Of a stretch of 64,000 bases of DNA, positions 8,941 to 19,150 are shown one piece after another; within the stretch, counting starts at the first letter, position 1; each line of letters starts with the position of its first letter. The stretch covers positions 19,654,001 through 19,718,000 of the forward strand of contig JBHGNT010000002.1 of the NCBI GenBank assembly GCA_043228905.1, in the 5' to 3' direction. Position numbers and translations under genes: made by a program. The DNA comes from Azolla caroliniana. Taxonomy: Eukaryota > Plantae > Polypodiophyta. The notes beneath the pieces are model-generated. The model did not search any database, was not told the origin of the DNA, and worked only from the letters and a program-made list of their open reading frames with translations.

Positions 8941-9800
8941 GGTTGACTAACTAACTAACTATAGTTGAGCTTGATATCTCAACACGCCCCCTCAAGCTCA
9001 AGTGTGAGGCACCTGACATCCGGTTTTGCTTTCGGCGTTGTCCGGCTTTTGATGTCGGTTTTTGTGCGGCTTTCGGCGTCGGTATTTTCGTGGCAGTTTC
9101 GATTCCTTCCCCTCAAGCTTGTGACGAAGGCTTGGGTCGACCGATTTCACCCATCGTGGGTCATGAGCCACTTTTGTAGAGCTCTCAAGCTCTTGTTCGG
9201 CCTCTACCTTCATCGTGAAGGCATAATGATGGGTCATGTACTCGTTGTAGCCGAGCTGAGTGACGTGATTCTTCTCTCTAGAAGAGCGTTGAAGTTTTTC
9301 GCTCGCAGATGTGAGCGCCTTCTTTACTCCAGGTGTCCGCATGATGGGTACACCAAACTCACTGTTTAGTGAGCGAGCCGACACATCCGAATCACTGTCG
9401 TCGAGGTGATTGACTTCGTATTCGGGCATCTTACCTTTGCCTTTGTCCAAGGTCGTACTTGGCCGCAACAAGCTTGGAATGCTTGAAGGCTCAGGTGGGC
9501 TTGGATTGTGCTTTGATAGAGGACTTGTCCAAATATCGTCCTCCGAGTTGACATTCAATTCTTCCTCGGTCGGCTCGAGTGGAGCCGAATCAGGCTTATA
9601 CCATGATGCCGATTTGTCGAAGACTACGTCTCGACTCACTCGAACCGCTCGGGTCGAAGGGTTATAGCATTTGTATGCTTTCTTCTCAGATGAGTATCCT
9701 ACGAGGATACATTTCTCCGACTTCGTGACGGGCTTCTATTGGATTTCGTTCAGGATGCATACATTCGCAATGCTTCCGAACACTTTGAGGTGCGACATGA
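8941..9800 (-). mobile_element. Internally deleted Ty1/Copia fragment (integrase C-terminus, linker, PPT, start of 3' LTR)
   Basis: Minus-strand SHLKVFGS...KCILVGYSSEKKAYKCYNP...VSRDVVFD. PPT GAGGGGGCG is followed by TGTTGAGATATC at 8984; the LTR is cut at 8941 by the DNA transposon end. Confidence 0.8.
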
Positions 9801-10076
9801 TACAATGCCACAAAGTGAGCTTTGGAATAGAATGGTGGAAATTGGCATCCCATTAGAGTATCAAGTTGTTATTGCATGATTATATGAGCAAGTTAGATGC
9901 CAACTAAAAACTAGGAATGGTTTCTCAGAATACCTTTTAAGTAATACGAAGGTTAAGCAAGGATGTCCATTATCACGTGTATTCTTTGGTTTACGCATTG
10001 ATAAATTGGAAGAAGTGGTGAATAGGGTTGCAAAAGAAGAGGGATTAGATGCTCCACAACTTTTGCAATAAGTTAC
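9801..10076 (+). mobile_element. Degenerate non-LTR (LINE) reverse transcriptase, 5' segment
   Basis: VKQGCPLS motif at about 9952-9975; the sequence continues after the LTR insertion as LFLYADDV at about 17742-17766. Confidence 0.75.
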
Positions 10077-10246
10077 TGTAGAAAGTAACGTGCGGAAGCA
10101 AGTATGAAGACCGAACAGAAGGAAGGAAACTCAGGTTTAATGGAGAGCTTGAGCTTACACAGTATACGCGGGAGAGACAAAGAGAGTGAGAGAGAAGACA
10201 CAAAAAGCTATATTCAACAATAATACTCAGTCTGTACATAAGACGT

Positions 10247-11053
10247 TGTCGTGCCTTTCGGCTCCGGATCGTTGCGTGAGTCGGGTGGGAACCACAGAGG
10301 TCTTGGACTAGGAGAAAGAAGTTCGTGAGATAGAGATTAATAATGAGTAAATAGCAAAGAGAAAGATAAGAAACTCGTGAATCACACGAGTATACTATAT
10401 TAATTGGTACTTAGGGTGTTAAGAGAGAAGTAGATGTATAAATCGTGAATCCCACGAATAATTTTTGTATTGATTAATTCTTAATCCAAATAATCAACAA
10501 CCCTTTACATATTTCTCTCCTCCTTATATAAGGAAGGAAGAGCTAAGCATGGCTTCCTCTTTTTTTTTTTTTACAAAAAGTGTTCATGTCCACTAATGCA
10601 TGTGATGCTTTTTTTTTTTATTTCCTAAGTATAGGGCTCATGCACGCTAGATGTGCATGAGTTATTTTTAGTGTCTCGTCTTTTTCATATATTAAAAAAA
10701 ATACACGATTTACCTTTTAATAAAGGTATGCATGAATAAAGGTCTTATACGTATTAAATCTATATTTAAAACACTTAAGATAAGTTAATGTAATGGTAAG
10801 GTTGGGGTTTGTCAACGTGGAGGTGCAGAGTTCGAATCACCCCCTGCGCAGTAGTGAATATTTCCTTTTTCTTTTACATTTATGTCTCTTTATCCGGCTC
10901 TTCCTTGCCGGTATGCCGTTTTCTTCCTTGCCGGTATGCCGTTTTCCTCCTTGCCGGTATGCCGTTTTCTTCCGGTTCTCACCGAGCACTCCATTCTCTA
11001 TCCGGAGGGACAAAAATATAATTTCCACATAGTGTGCAACCTACACTACGACA
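10247..11053 (-). repeat. 3' LTR of Gypsy 1 (807 bp)
   Basis: Direct repeat of 16719-17503; has three copies of a 23-bp unit versus two in the other LTR. Confidence 0.95.
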
Positions 11054-14000
11054 CTCGCCCCCTCCAAACCCGCACATCCTCCGGTATGTGCCGAAGTTCT
11101 TGGTTCTTCGTATCCGTCTTCATCCGAAGCTTCCTCCGATTCTCCCCTTATGTCGACTATGAGTTGTAATCCACTTTCTTCGCTTCCCGCATCATTGTGG
11201 TCTTCGTCCGATTGCTCCTCATTGTCGGCCTCGACTTGGATCACATAAGGTTTGTCGTCGGTCCGCTTCTTGAAAATCTTCACCCGCTTCCCGGCTATAG
11301 GCACTCGTAGTATTGTTCCATCCAACTCGGACAATCGGTACGTCCCGTTGTCGAAGACCTTCCGAACCTCGTACGGCCCGAACCACCTTTTCGCGAATTT
11401 CCGCATCGTTGTATGTTGATGGTCCAAGCTACTATCATAGACGATCACCCAATCTCCTTCTTCAATCCTCCTCGGTCGTAGTCGGTGCTTTGTATCGAAC
11501 CGGCTTTTGTTCCGGAACCGTGCTTCTTGTTGTCGGCGTGATGCTTCCGCTACATCTTTCGGTCTTCCCTCCAGTTGTCGTATCCGGACCGCTAGTAGTT
11601 CTTCCCGGCTCATCTCTTCCTTCCACGGTAGTATTGTCCATGTCGCGATTGCGGTTTCCGTTGGCATTACCGGTGCTTGTCCGGTCATGAGTTCTGCCGG
11701 CATGTAACCGGTCACGGAGCTATGCGTCGTCCGATCCGCCCATAGTGCATACGGAAGCATTTGTGGCCAATCCTTCACCCTTCCGTCGCATGCCTTCGCA
11801 AGTGCTTTCACGATCGGACTATGTCCTCGCTCGATCTTCCCGTTGGCCTCCGGATTGTAGGCCGTTGTCAACGTTAACCGAACTCCGTGTTTGGCGAAGA
11901 ATCCCCTAGCTTTGTCCGAGTCGAGTTCTCCCCGGTCCGCAATCACTTGTCCTACGCAGCCGTACCTACAAAACACTTCTTCCAAAAGAAATTGGCACAC
12001 CGCGGCACACGTTTTCCTCCGAAGCGCTCGACCTTCAACTTGGTTTGTGAGATCTTCTCGAGCTAACACCAAGTATTTCTTTTGTCCAATCCCGGTCGGC
12101 ATAGCTACAATGTCGACCATCCACTTGAAGTTGATTGTCGGTGAGAATGTCGGATGCAGCTCATCTCGGTGTCGGACCCCGGAGTAGACTTGACATTTCT
12201 CGCAGCTTTCTGTGAACTCCGCGACATCTTTATACATGTTCTTCCACCAATATCTTTGCTTGATTTTCACAAAAGTTGCCCATGTTCCTCGATGTCCAGC
12301 CCAATCGGATTCGTGGAACTCGGACATTATCCGGTTTCGTTGCTCTTTCGTCCCGACTACTCGAAGTGGTATCCCATCCGGTCTTTTCGGCGTCCTCCAT
12401 ATTAAACCGTTTTCCAAGAAGAACTTTTGGACTTGCCTCTTCTTCCTTCGGATCTCGGCTCTCCTTTCTTTATCATTGGTTGAATCCTCGACCTCTTGTA
12501 GCATCTTCCCGATCATCAAGGTTTCCCCCTCGTATTCTTCTTCCCGGAATTCTCGGATCACGTTCACTCGGCATATGTGTTCTGACGTGAAGTAGTCTTC
12601 GGAAACTTCTTCATTATCTGATTCGGTTATGTCGTCTTCAAACCGCGCCCTCGATAACATGTCCGCTACCGCGTTGTCCTTCCCCGAGATGTGTCGAACC
12701 TCCGGATTAAGTGACTTGACATATGCAATCCACCTTAGCATAGCCACATCCGGTATTGTACAACACCGCATCATCCCGAGTATCGGAAGACAATCCGTCT
12801 CGATCACCACTTCAGCTCCGATCAAATAATCCCGATCCGATTTTATCGCCGACACCACTCCCCACAATTCTCTTTTGACTTGTGCATATCCGCGTTGCCT
12901 TTCGTTGAGGACCTTTGCTCCAAATCGGATCGGATACCGCGAACCATCCGAGTCGGCTTGATTGATGACCCACCCGATACCGGTTGGACTTGTATCAACC
13001 GTTACTATGATTGGCCGCTCGTAGCTTGGCTTCTTAAGTGATTCCGCCCTCCATAGTGTCTTCTTGAGCTTCCTCATGGCTTTAGTGTGTTCCGGTTTCC
13101 ACTCGAATTTCTTACCTTTCCGCAACAAATGATAGAGCGGGTCCGCTATACGTGCATAGTGCGGAATCCATATGTGATAGAATGCACACGCACCCAGAAA
13201 CCTTCGGACTTCCGATGTTGACTCACATACTTCCTTCATAGCTTGAATCGCATCGATCTTTGTTGGTGACGGTCTTCGGCCGTAGGGTCCACATAGATGT
13301 CCGACCACCAATATTTCTTCTTGCCCGAATGCCGATTTCTCCCCGGAAAGTGTTAGGTGCACATCTTCTAGCTTTCGCAACACTTTCTCGCAATCATGAA
13401 TATGGTCGACCACGAACTTTCGGCATCCCCGATCATCCATAGTCTCATCTTTTTCTTCCACCGCGCATCCTTTCATCGGAATGTCATCTAGAAACGGCAT
13501 CGTTATCTCCGGGATGCAATCTCGAAGCACCTTGTTCATCGCGTTCATCATATGTGCAACCGAGTTTGTCGCTCCTTGTGGTAGTGTACACATTCGAACT
13601 AGTCCTATCGGTGTCCGCATGGTAGTGATGTCTCGGCTCTCCACGGCTAGTTGGAATTGGTCATACCCCGAGTATAGGTCCCCGATGGAGTATATCGCAC
13701 GTCCGGCAAAAGCTTCCGCGAATTCGTCCACTATCGGACCACTCCCGAGTTCCGAATCGTGACCTTGTTCACCGGTTGCAAGTCTTGGATGAATCGGAGT
13801 GACCCATTCTTCTTCGGAACCGTAAACCATCGATTTGAGTACGGAGCACTTGATGGCTCTAGAATCCCCATCGCCACCTTCTCCTTGAGCAAGTCGATGA
13901 CTTTCGGAATATGCGCCCGTGGCACCGAATCGGCTTCAGGTTCCACGGTACATGATCAATCGTGAAAATCACCATCGGCTCCACTATCTTTGGATCAATG

Positions 14001-14650
14001 CATCCGATCTCCCTCGATGTGAACGCGAATGCTTTGCCATGTTGCTCCAACATCTCTCGAAACCGTTTTTCTTCTTCTTGTAAGAGGAACCCACCTCCAC
14101 CGATCCGAAGTTTCTTCCGGGTCTCATCTGTGAAGGCATGTCCGATATCCACGGACTTCCGAAGTGTCGGATCTCCCGAGACTTCTTTCTTCTTTTGTTC
14201 GCTATCGGCGGGTAGTGGTCCCGCGGCCGGTTTCACCTTCTTCTCCACGGTCTTGTATTTCGTACTTACCATTGCTTCTTCTTTGCGGAGCGCATCCGGC
14301 CCCATTTTCGCAACGATCTCGTACATCTCGACCGATTCCACCGGGACTACCCGGTTCCCTTGGCTTTTATCTTCCACAAGCTCTTCAAGCCGTTGTAGTG
14401 TATTCCCATAGAACACTTCCTCGATCACTCCCACGATTTCTTCGTCTTCTTTTATTATTGATGCCGACCGTAACTTATCCTCCACTTGTCGGTATTGTTT
14501 CTTCATTCCTCCGGTTACGGCCGTGTACGTAGATGCCCCATCCGGGCCGATTCGTACTTGTTTTGCTCCGAGAGTTTTCTTCCTGTGTGGGGTATCAGGG
14601 CTTCTCGGACTATCACTTCCCCACTCCGGAATAGTCCGCTTTAAAAATCC
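11041..14650 (-). pseudogene. Gypsy 1 pol (RT, RNase H, integrase) with two apparent 1-bp deletions
   Basis: LPQG...FLDD (RT), VDTS...ETDC...NAVADMLSR (RNase H), HHCC zinc finger, DIV...ADRG...ERGH catalytic core and WFGPYEV. Frame breaks near 13927 and 13741 relative to Gypsy 2. Confidence 0.9.
14585..14650 (-). promoter_or_regulatory. -1 ribosomal frameshift signal (G GAT TTT slippery site plus predicted H-type pseudoknot)
   Basis: GGATTTTTAA at the ORF1 stop; the -1 frame is open into pol; stem 1 CGGACTAT/ATAGTCCG, stem 2 GTGGGG/CCCCAC. Confidence 0.8.
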
Positions 14651-16680
14651 ATTCTCACTTGGGACAAGAGTTCCCTCTTGTTCCTTTCGTGATTTGCCGG
14701 CACCGTTAGGAATTGGACGGATTTCCCTCCGTTTTGGCTCCGAATTCGCGCAAAAGCCGCACCACTATCGAGCACCTTCGTCTCCATCCGTGAAGCCGTG
14801 ATAAAGGGTTGGCCGAGGATGACAGAATGTGAAACCTCATCCTGCACAAAGAAATTTTGGTCAATTTCGACATCCCCGATCTTTACCGTCACATCCGGAC
14901 AAGCCGCAAATAGGTCTTCTGTCGTTTTCGTGGCTGCCCGAATCTTCCATCCATGGTTGGTGTTTATAGGCCACTTCCCCTTTCGGTAGAACTCCTTGGA
15001 CATCAAGTTGATCTCCGACCCGTGATCAATCAATGCTAGCACGGGTTCTTTGATGTTGCCGATTCGGACCGGAGTCTCCGTAGTCGCACGTGCCCAGTGT
15101 GGCCTTGTATAGTGGGAGTTCGGAATTTCGCCTTCCACTTCGGTGTCGTTCATTGAAACGGTATTTGCATTCACCTTTGGAGCATTTTCCTCCGTACTTT
15201 GTCTCTTCCTTTTCACGAGATCCACGAGAAGATCGTGAAACTCCTTCTTCGCTATTCCGAGTAGTTCCCGCAGCGAAAAATCTACCCGGCTATCCAAGAT
15301 TCTTTCCTCGAACACTCTTTTCAAGTCGGTTTGTTGTTCTATGTCCGAGGCGAGCTTGAATGCCGGAGTCGCCTTTTCTTTTCCCTTACCTCCGGAGTTC
15401 CAGCTTTCCGGTATCTTCGATGGTCCGGCCGCATCCTCCGTGCGCCGTCGTTTCTCGTCCACATACACCTCATGTAATTGACACAGGGCGTATATGCTAT
15501 TCTTGTCGACAGGGCACTCCCATCCCGTAGCTTCCCGGACGCCTTCCGCGGTGTTTCGGATATCGTTGGAGTCGGTTTTCTCGGTGTTTCCTAGCACCTC
15601 CGGCCAGAAAGACGCCTTCGCTCCCGATGACTCCCCGACACATATTCCCGCGGTTGTCGCATAGTTGCTTCTTGCCGCTAACTCCTCCTCGAGCACCTTC
15701 TTCATGCCGCCTTTCCGGAAGTTCGGTCGGAGTGGCTTCCGAGAGTCCATCGAATGAATCCGGTTTCCCTCGTAGTAGATGAGATCCCGTCGTAGCGCCT
15801 CCTTATGGTCGTCGCAATCCCTCCGATCGTGTTCGGCGCTATCGCACCATATGCACCGTCGATCCGTATATTTGGAGCTTGTGGGGCGGTCATCCGACTT
15901 CTTCACCATCGCGATCTTTAGATTCTCCATCTCCTTCAGCAACTGCTCCACCGTAGACGCGTCGACTCCCTTCTCGGCCGTAATCTCCCGAGCCCTCGGT
16001 TGATGGTCTTCCAGTCCCGTTCTCGGTTTCGGAATCGGTTCCGAAACCCTCTTTTCTTCGTTGGCAAGCCATTGCCCCCTCTTCGTGTACCGCGCGACGA
16101 TATCCCGCACGCTTTCCCATGTTTCGGTGAGGCCGCTTTCGGTGGTCGTGTCCTCAAGAAGCACTCCGAGATCTTTCCGGTCCCGGACGTCCACAGCTCG
16201 CAAAAACATGATGACTTTGTCCGGTGCAAGAATAGTTTGATCTCTCGCGGACAACCTCCCGAACCGACTTTCGAATGTCGAAAACACTTCGAGGACCTTC
16301 AGCCCCTTACCTGACGTTTCCACCCAATCCTCGAATCCCCTCCGCGTTGCCTTGGAGGAGTCCTCGATGGCAAACGTGGTCTTTAACGCCTCTTCGAATG
16401 CTTCCCACGTCGGATTTTGTTGTTGCAACCCGTGGATACTCCCTTGAAGCCCGTCGGTCGCCACCCGGTTAAAGGATGTCACTTGTAGTCCTTCCGAAGC
16501 CCGGCACCGGAGCATCTCCGCCTTGTAGCCCTGCAAATATCGCGACACATCCTTACCATTAAATTGCCCGTTGCGTTGCACGAGCCGCTCTACTGATGCC
16601 GAAATCTCCGACATCGTGCGTTGTTCTTGAAGCATCCGTTCGAACATCGCCATCATATTGTTAGCTTGTTGAGCCTCCAT
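14641..16680 (-). CDS. Gypsy 1 Gag-protease polyprotein
   Basis: CCHC knuckle CIWCDSAEHDRRDC; aspartic protease ALIDHGSEINLM...VILGQPF. The likely ATG is at 16680, just downstream of the PBS; the ORF track start at 16767 lies inside the LTR. Confidence 0.9.
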   Translation of the reverse strand: MEAQQANNMMAMFERMLQEQRTMSEISASVERLVQRNGQFNGKDVSRYLQGYKAEMLRCRASEGLQVTSFNRVATDGLQGSIHGLQQQNPTWEAFEEALKTTFAIEDSSKATRRGFEDWVETSGKGLKVLEVFSTFESRFGRLSARDQTILAPDKVIMFLRAVDVRDRKDLGVLLEDTTTESGLTETWESVRDIVARYTKRGQWLANEEKRVSEPIPKPRTGLEDHQPRAREITAEKGVDASTVEQLLKEMENLKIAMVKKSDDRPTSSKYTDRRCIWCDSAEHDRRDCDDHKEALRRDLIYYEGNRIHSMDSRKPLRPNFRKGGMKKVLEEELAARSNYATTAGICVGESSGAKASFWPEVLGNTEKTDSNDIRNTAEGVREATGWECPVDKNSIYALCQLHEVYVDEKRRRTEDAAGPSKIPESWNSGGKGKEKATPAFKLASDIEQQTDLKRVFEERILDSRVDFSLRELLGIAKKEFHDLLVDLVKRKRQSTEENAPKVNANTVSMNDTEVEGEIPNSHYTRPHWARATTETPVRIGNIKEPVLALIDHGSEINLMSKEFYRKGKWPINTNHGWKIRAATKTTEDLFAACPDVTVKIGDVEIDQNFFVQDEVSHSVILGQPFITASRMETKVLDSGAAFARIRSQNGGKSVQFLTVPANHERNKRELLSQVRMDF

Positions 16681-16696
16681 CTCCTTGCCACCCGTC

Positions 16697-16714
16697 TTCA
16701 CGTCGGGTTCACCA
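16697..16714 (-). other. Primer binding site, tRNA-Trp
   Basis: TGGTGAACCCGACGTGAA, complementary to the 3' end of eukaryotic tRNA-Trp, 4 nt from the 5' LTR. Confidence 0.85.
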
Positions 16715-16718
16715 ACTG

Positions 16719-17503
16719 TGTCGTGCCTTTCGGCTCCGGATCGTTGCGTGAGTCGGGTGGGAACCACAGAGGTCTTGGACTAGGAGAAAGAAGTTCGTGA
16801 GATAGAGATTAATAATGAGTAAATAGCAAAGAGAAAGATAAGAAACTCGTGAATCACACGAGTATACTATATTAATTGGTACTTAGGGTGTTAAGAGAGA
16901 AGTAGATGTATAAATCGTGAATCCCACGAATAATTTTTGTATTGATTAATTCTTAATCCAAATAATCAACAACCCTTTACATATTTCTCTCCTCCTTATA
17001 TAAGGAAGGAAGAGCTAAGCATGGCTTCCTCTTTTTTTTTTTTTTACAAAAAGTGTTCATGTCCACTAATGCATGTGATGCTTTTTTTTTTTATTTCCTA
17101 AGTATAGGGCTCATGCACGCTAGATGTGCATGAGTTATTTTTAGTGTCTCGTCTTTTTCATATATTAAAAAAAATACACGATTTACCTTTTAATAAAGGT
17201 ATGCATGAATAAAGGTCTTATACGTATTAAATCTATATTTAAAACACTTAAGATAAGTTAATGTAATGGTAAGGTTGGGGTTTGTCAACGTGGAGGTGCA
17301 GAGTTCGAATCACCCCTTGCGCAGTAGTGAATATTTCCTTTTTCTTTTACATTTATGTCTCTTTATCCGGCTCTTCCTTGCCGGTATGCCGTTTTCTTCC
17401 TTGCCGGTATGCCGTTTTCTTCCGGTTCTCACCGAGCACTCCATTCTCTATCCGGAGGGACAAAAATATAATTTCCACATAGTGTGCAACCTACACTACG
17501 ACA
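16719..17503 (-). repeat. 5' LTR of Gypsy 1 (785 bp)
   Basis: Direct repeat of 10247-11053, adjacent to the PBS. Confidence 0.95.
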
Positions 17504-17733
17504 ACGTGCTCAATGAACACTTTTATACAAGCCCTAGAAGGACTGACCGAAGTACTGACAGTACTTCAATGCTCATCAAGAGCTCCTACACTAACTCCCA
17601 AATATATTCCTCACGGAATATCTTTCCTAACGACCTCCTTGGTTTACGCACTCGGCCTAACCGATCGGTCCCAACCGATCCGATCCTCGGCTTCTTCAGC
17701 CGAACCGGCCGATGTTGAGCTTGTCTCTCAACA

Positions 17734-19150
17734 GTTACCTTATTGTTTTTATATGCAGATGACGTGGTTATTTTTTCATATGATGTTGATTGTTTGCAAC
17801 ACTTACTTGGAGCATTAGAAGTATGTTGTCAAAGTAGCGGACTAATTGTAAATGTAGATAAATAAAAAATGATGGTAGTGCGAACCATCCAACCTAACCA
17901 ATACCCTCTTCCTAGATATAAGGGAAACCATGTACAAATTGTGGAATGCTTTAAGTATCTTGGTATCAATGTACTTGCCACAAATAAATGGAGTGTATGA
18001 TTTGAATCTAAACTTCAAGCTAGTTGGAAAAGTTATTATATGTTGGAGAATCGATGCAACTAGAGTGATACGCATGGATAGAGGAAGTGAAACTAATGTT
18101 ATTTAGTGTAATGGTAACATAACTTTTGCTTAATGGAGTTGAAGTGTGGGGCGGCATTATGTCTATTAATGCATGGAATAAAATTGTGAAGATTCAAAAG
18201 ATGTTTTTAAAGACCACCTCCTATCCGATTATGATTTGGAAACAAGTGTTTTCAATTCAAAAGATCGTTATCTGTTGAAAGGGATGAGAAAGGAAGAACA
18301 CTTGATTATTGCTATTTCTTAGCTTCGAACGAAGATACTTCCACAGGTTTGACGACGGAGCAAAAGCATCCTCTGGTTTCGGGCAAATGGAGGGTCTGCT
18401 TAATGAGGGATTCACTCCCTAGTGAAGATATATCCAGAGACGAGACTGAACCTTTACAAATATTGGTGCTATAGAGAGCATATAGATACATTACAAAAGT
18501 CAAGAATATACCAAATAATAGATTGCCACATCTTGCTTGGATGTTGGATGTAAACAACAAAATAATCACAATAGCAAATCTCTCTCATATGGTTGGGTAG
18601 TTGACATCAAAAAATGGTTCAAAAGATGGGATGTGGAAGATCTCTTAGAGCTTTCACATGATGCAATGAAATATGAGTTATTGAGGAAAGATTAATGGAA
18701 CCACTAAGGAAGAAGTGGAAAGATGCTAAATGGACAAAATTAGAATATTACATTGCAAATATCAATCATGAATATTAGGTTCTATGTAAGGCAAGACCTA
18801 TTGATGGTATTCATTCAACCTTACCTCATTAATACCACGAGTATTAGCTCTCATAGAGCCTTAACACTCCTTTGCACTTGATCACACAACCTAGGTATTG
18901 AAGTTGCATTATGGCATCAAAATTAGCCAAATATAAAGTCATGTAAGGTATGCAAGGAAGGGCTATAGAGGATGAGTATCACTTGCTTTTTACATCCTCT
19001 ATATAGAGTGCAATTCGTGAAAGTTATGATGGTATTTTTTTTAAGATGGGTCGATAACTTAAGTGTCATGTTGAAGATAACACCTAGAAGGTTGAGCTCA
19101 TATGTGTATGCCTTATTCATACATTGAAACTTGGTGCTTCGAAGTATAAA
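17734..19150 (+). mobile_element. Degenerate LINE, 3' segment (RT YADD, KYLG and C-terminal Cys/His motif)
   Basis: LYADDV, FKYLGI (about 17950) and CKVCK...EDEYHLL (about 18940-18990), with many stops and frameshifts. Confidence 0.7.

Larger units (their letters stand above)
10247..17503 (-). mobile_element. Full-length Ty3/Gypsy LTR retrotransposon 1 (non-chromoviral)
   Basis: Near-identical LTRs (TGTCG...CGACA), TSD ACGT (10243-10246, 17504-17507), tRNA-Trp PBS, PPT at 11054-11065, and gag-PR-RT-RH-INT order. Confidence 0.97.
10077..17733. mobile_element. Solo LTR (about 400 bp; 10077-10246 plus 17508-17733) interrupted by a Gypsy element
   Basis: TGTAG...CAACA ends and a 5-bp TSD GTTAC at 10072-10076 and 17734-17738; splits the LINE RT between the QG and YADD motifs. 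Confidence 0.8.

Noticed and set aside
11313-16472. Many plus-strand ORFs over Gypsy 1 (and 55526-61393 over Gypsy 2)
   Set aside because: These are antisense shadows of GC-rich gag/pol with no recognisable motifs.
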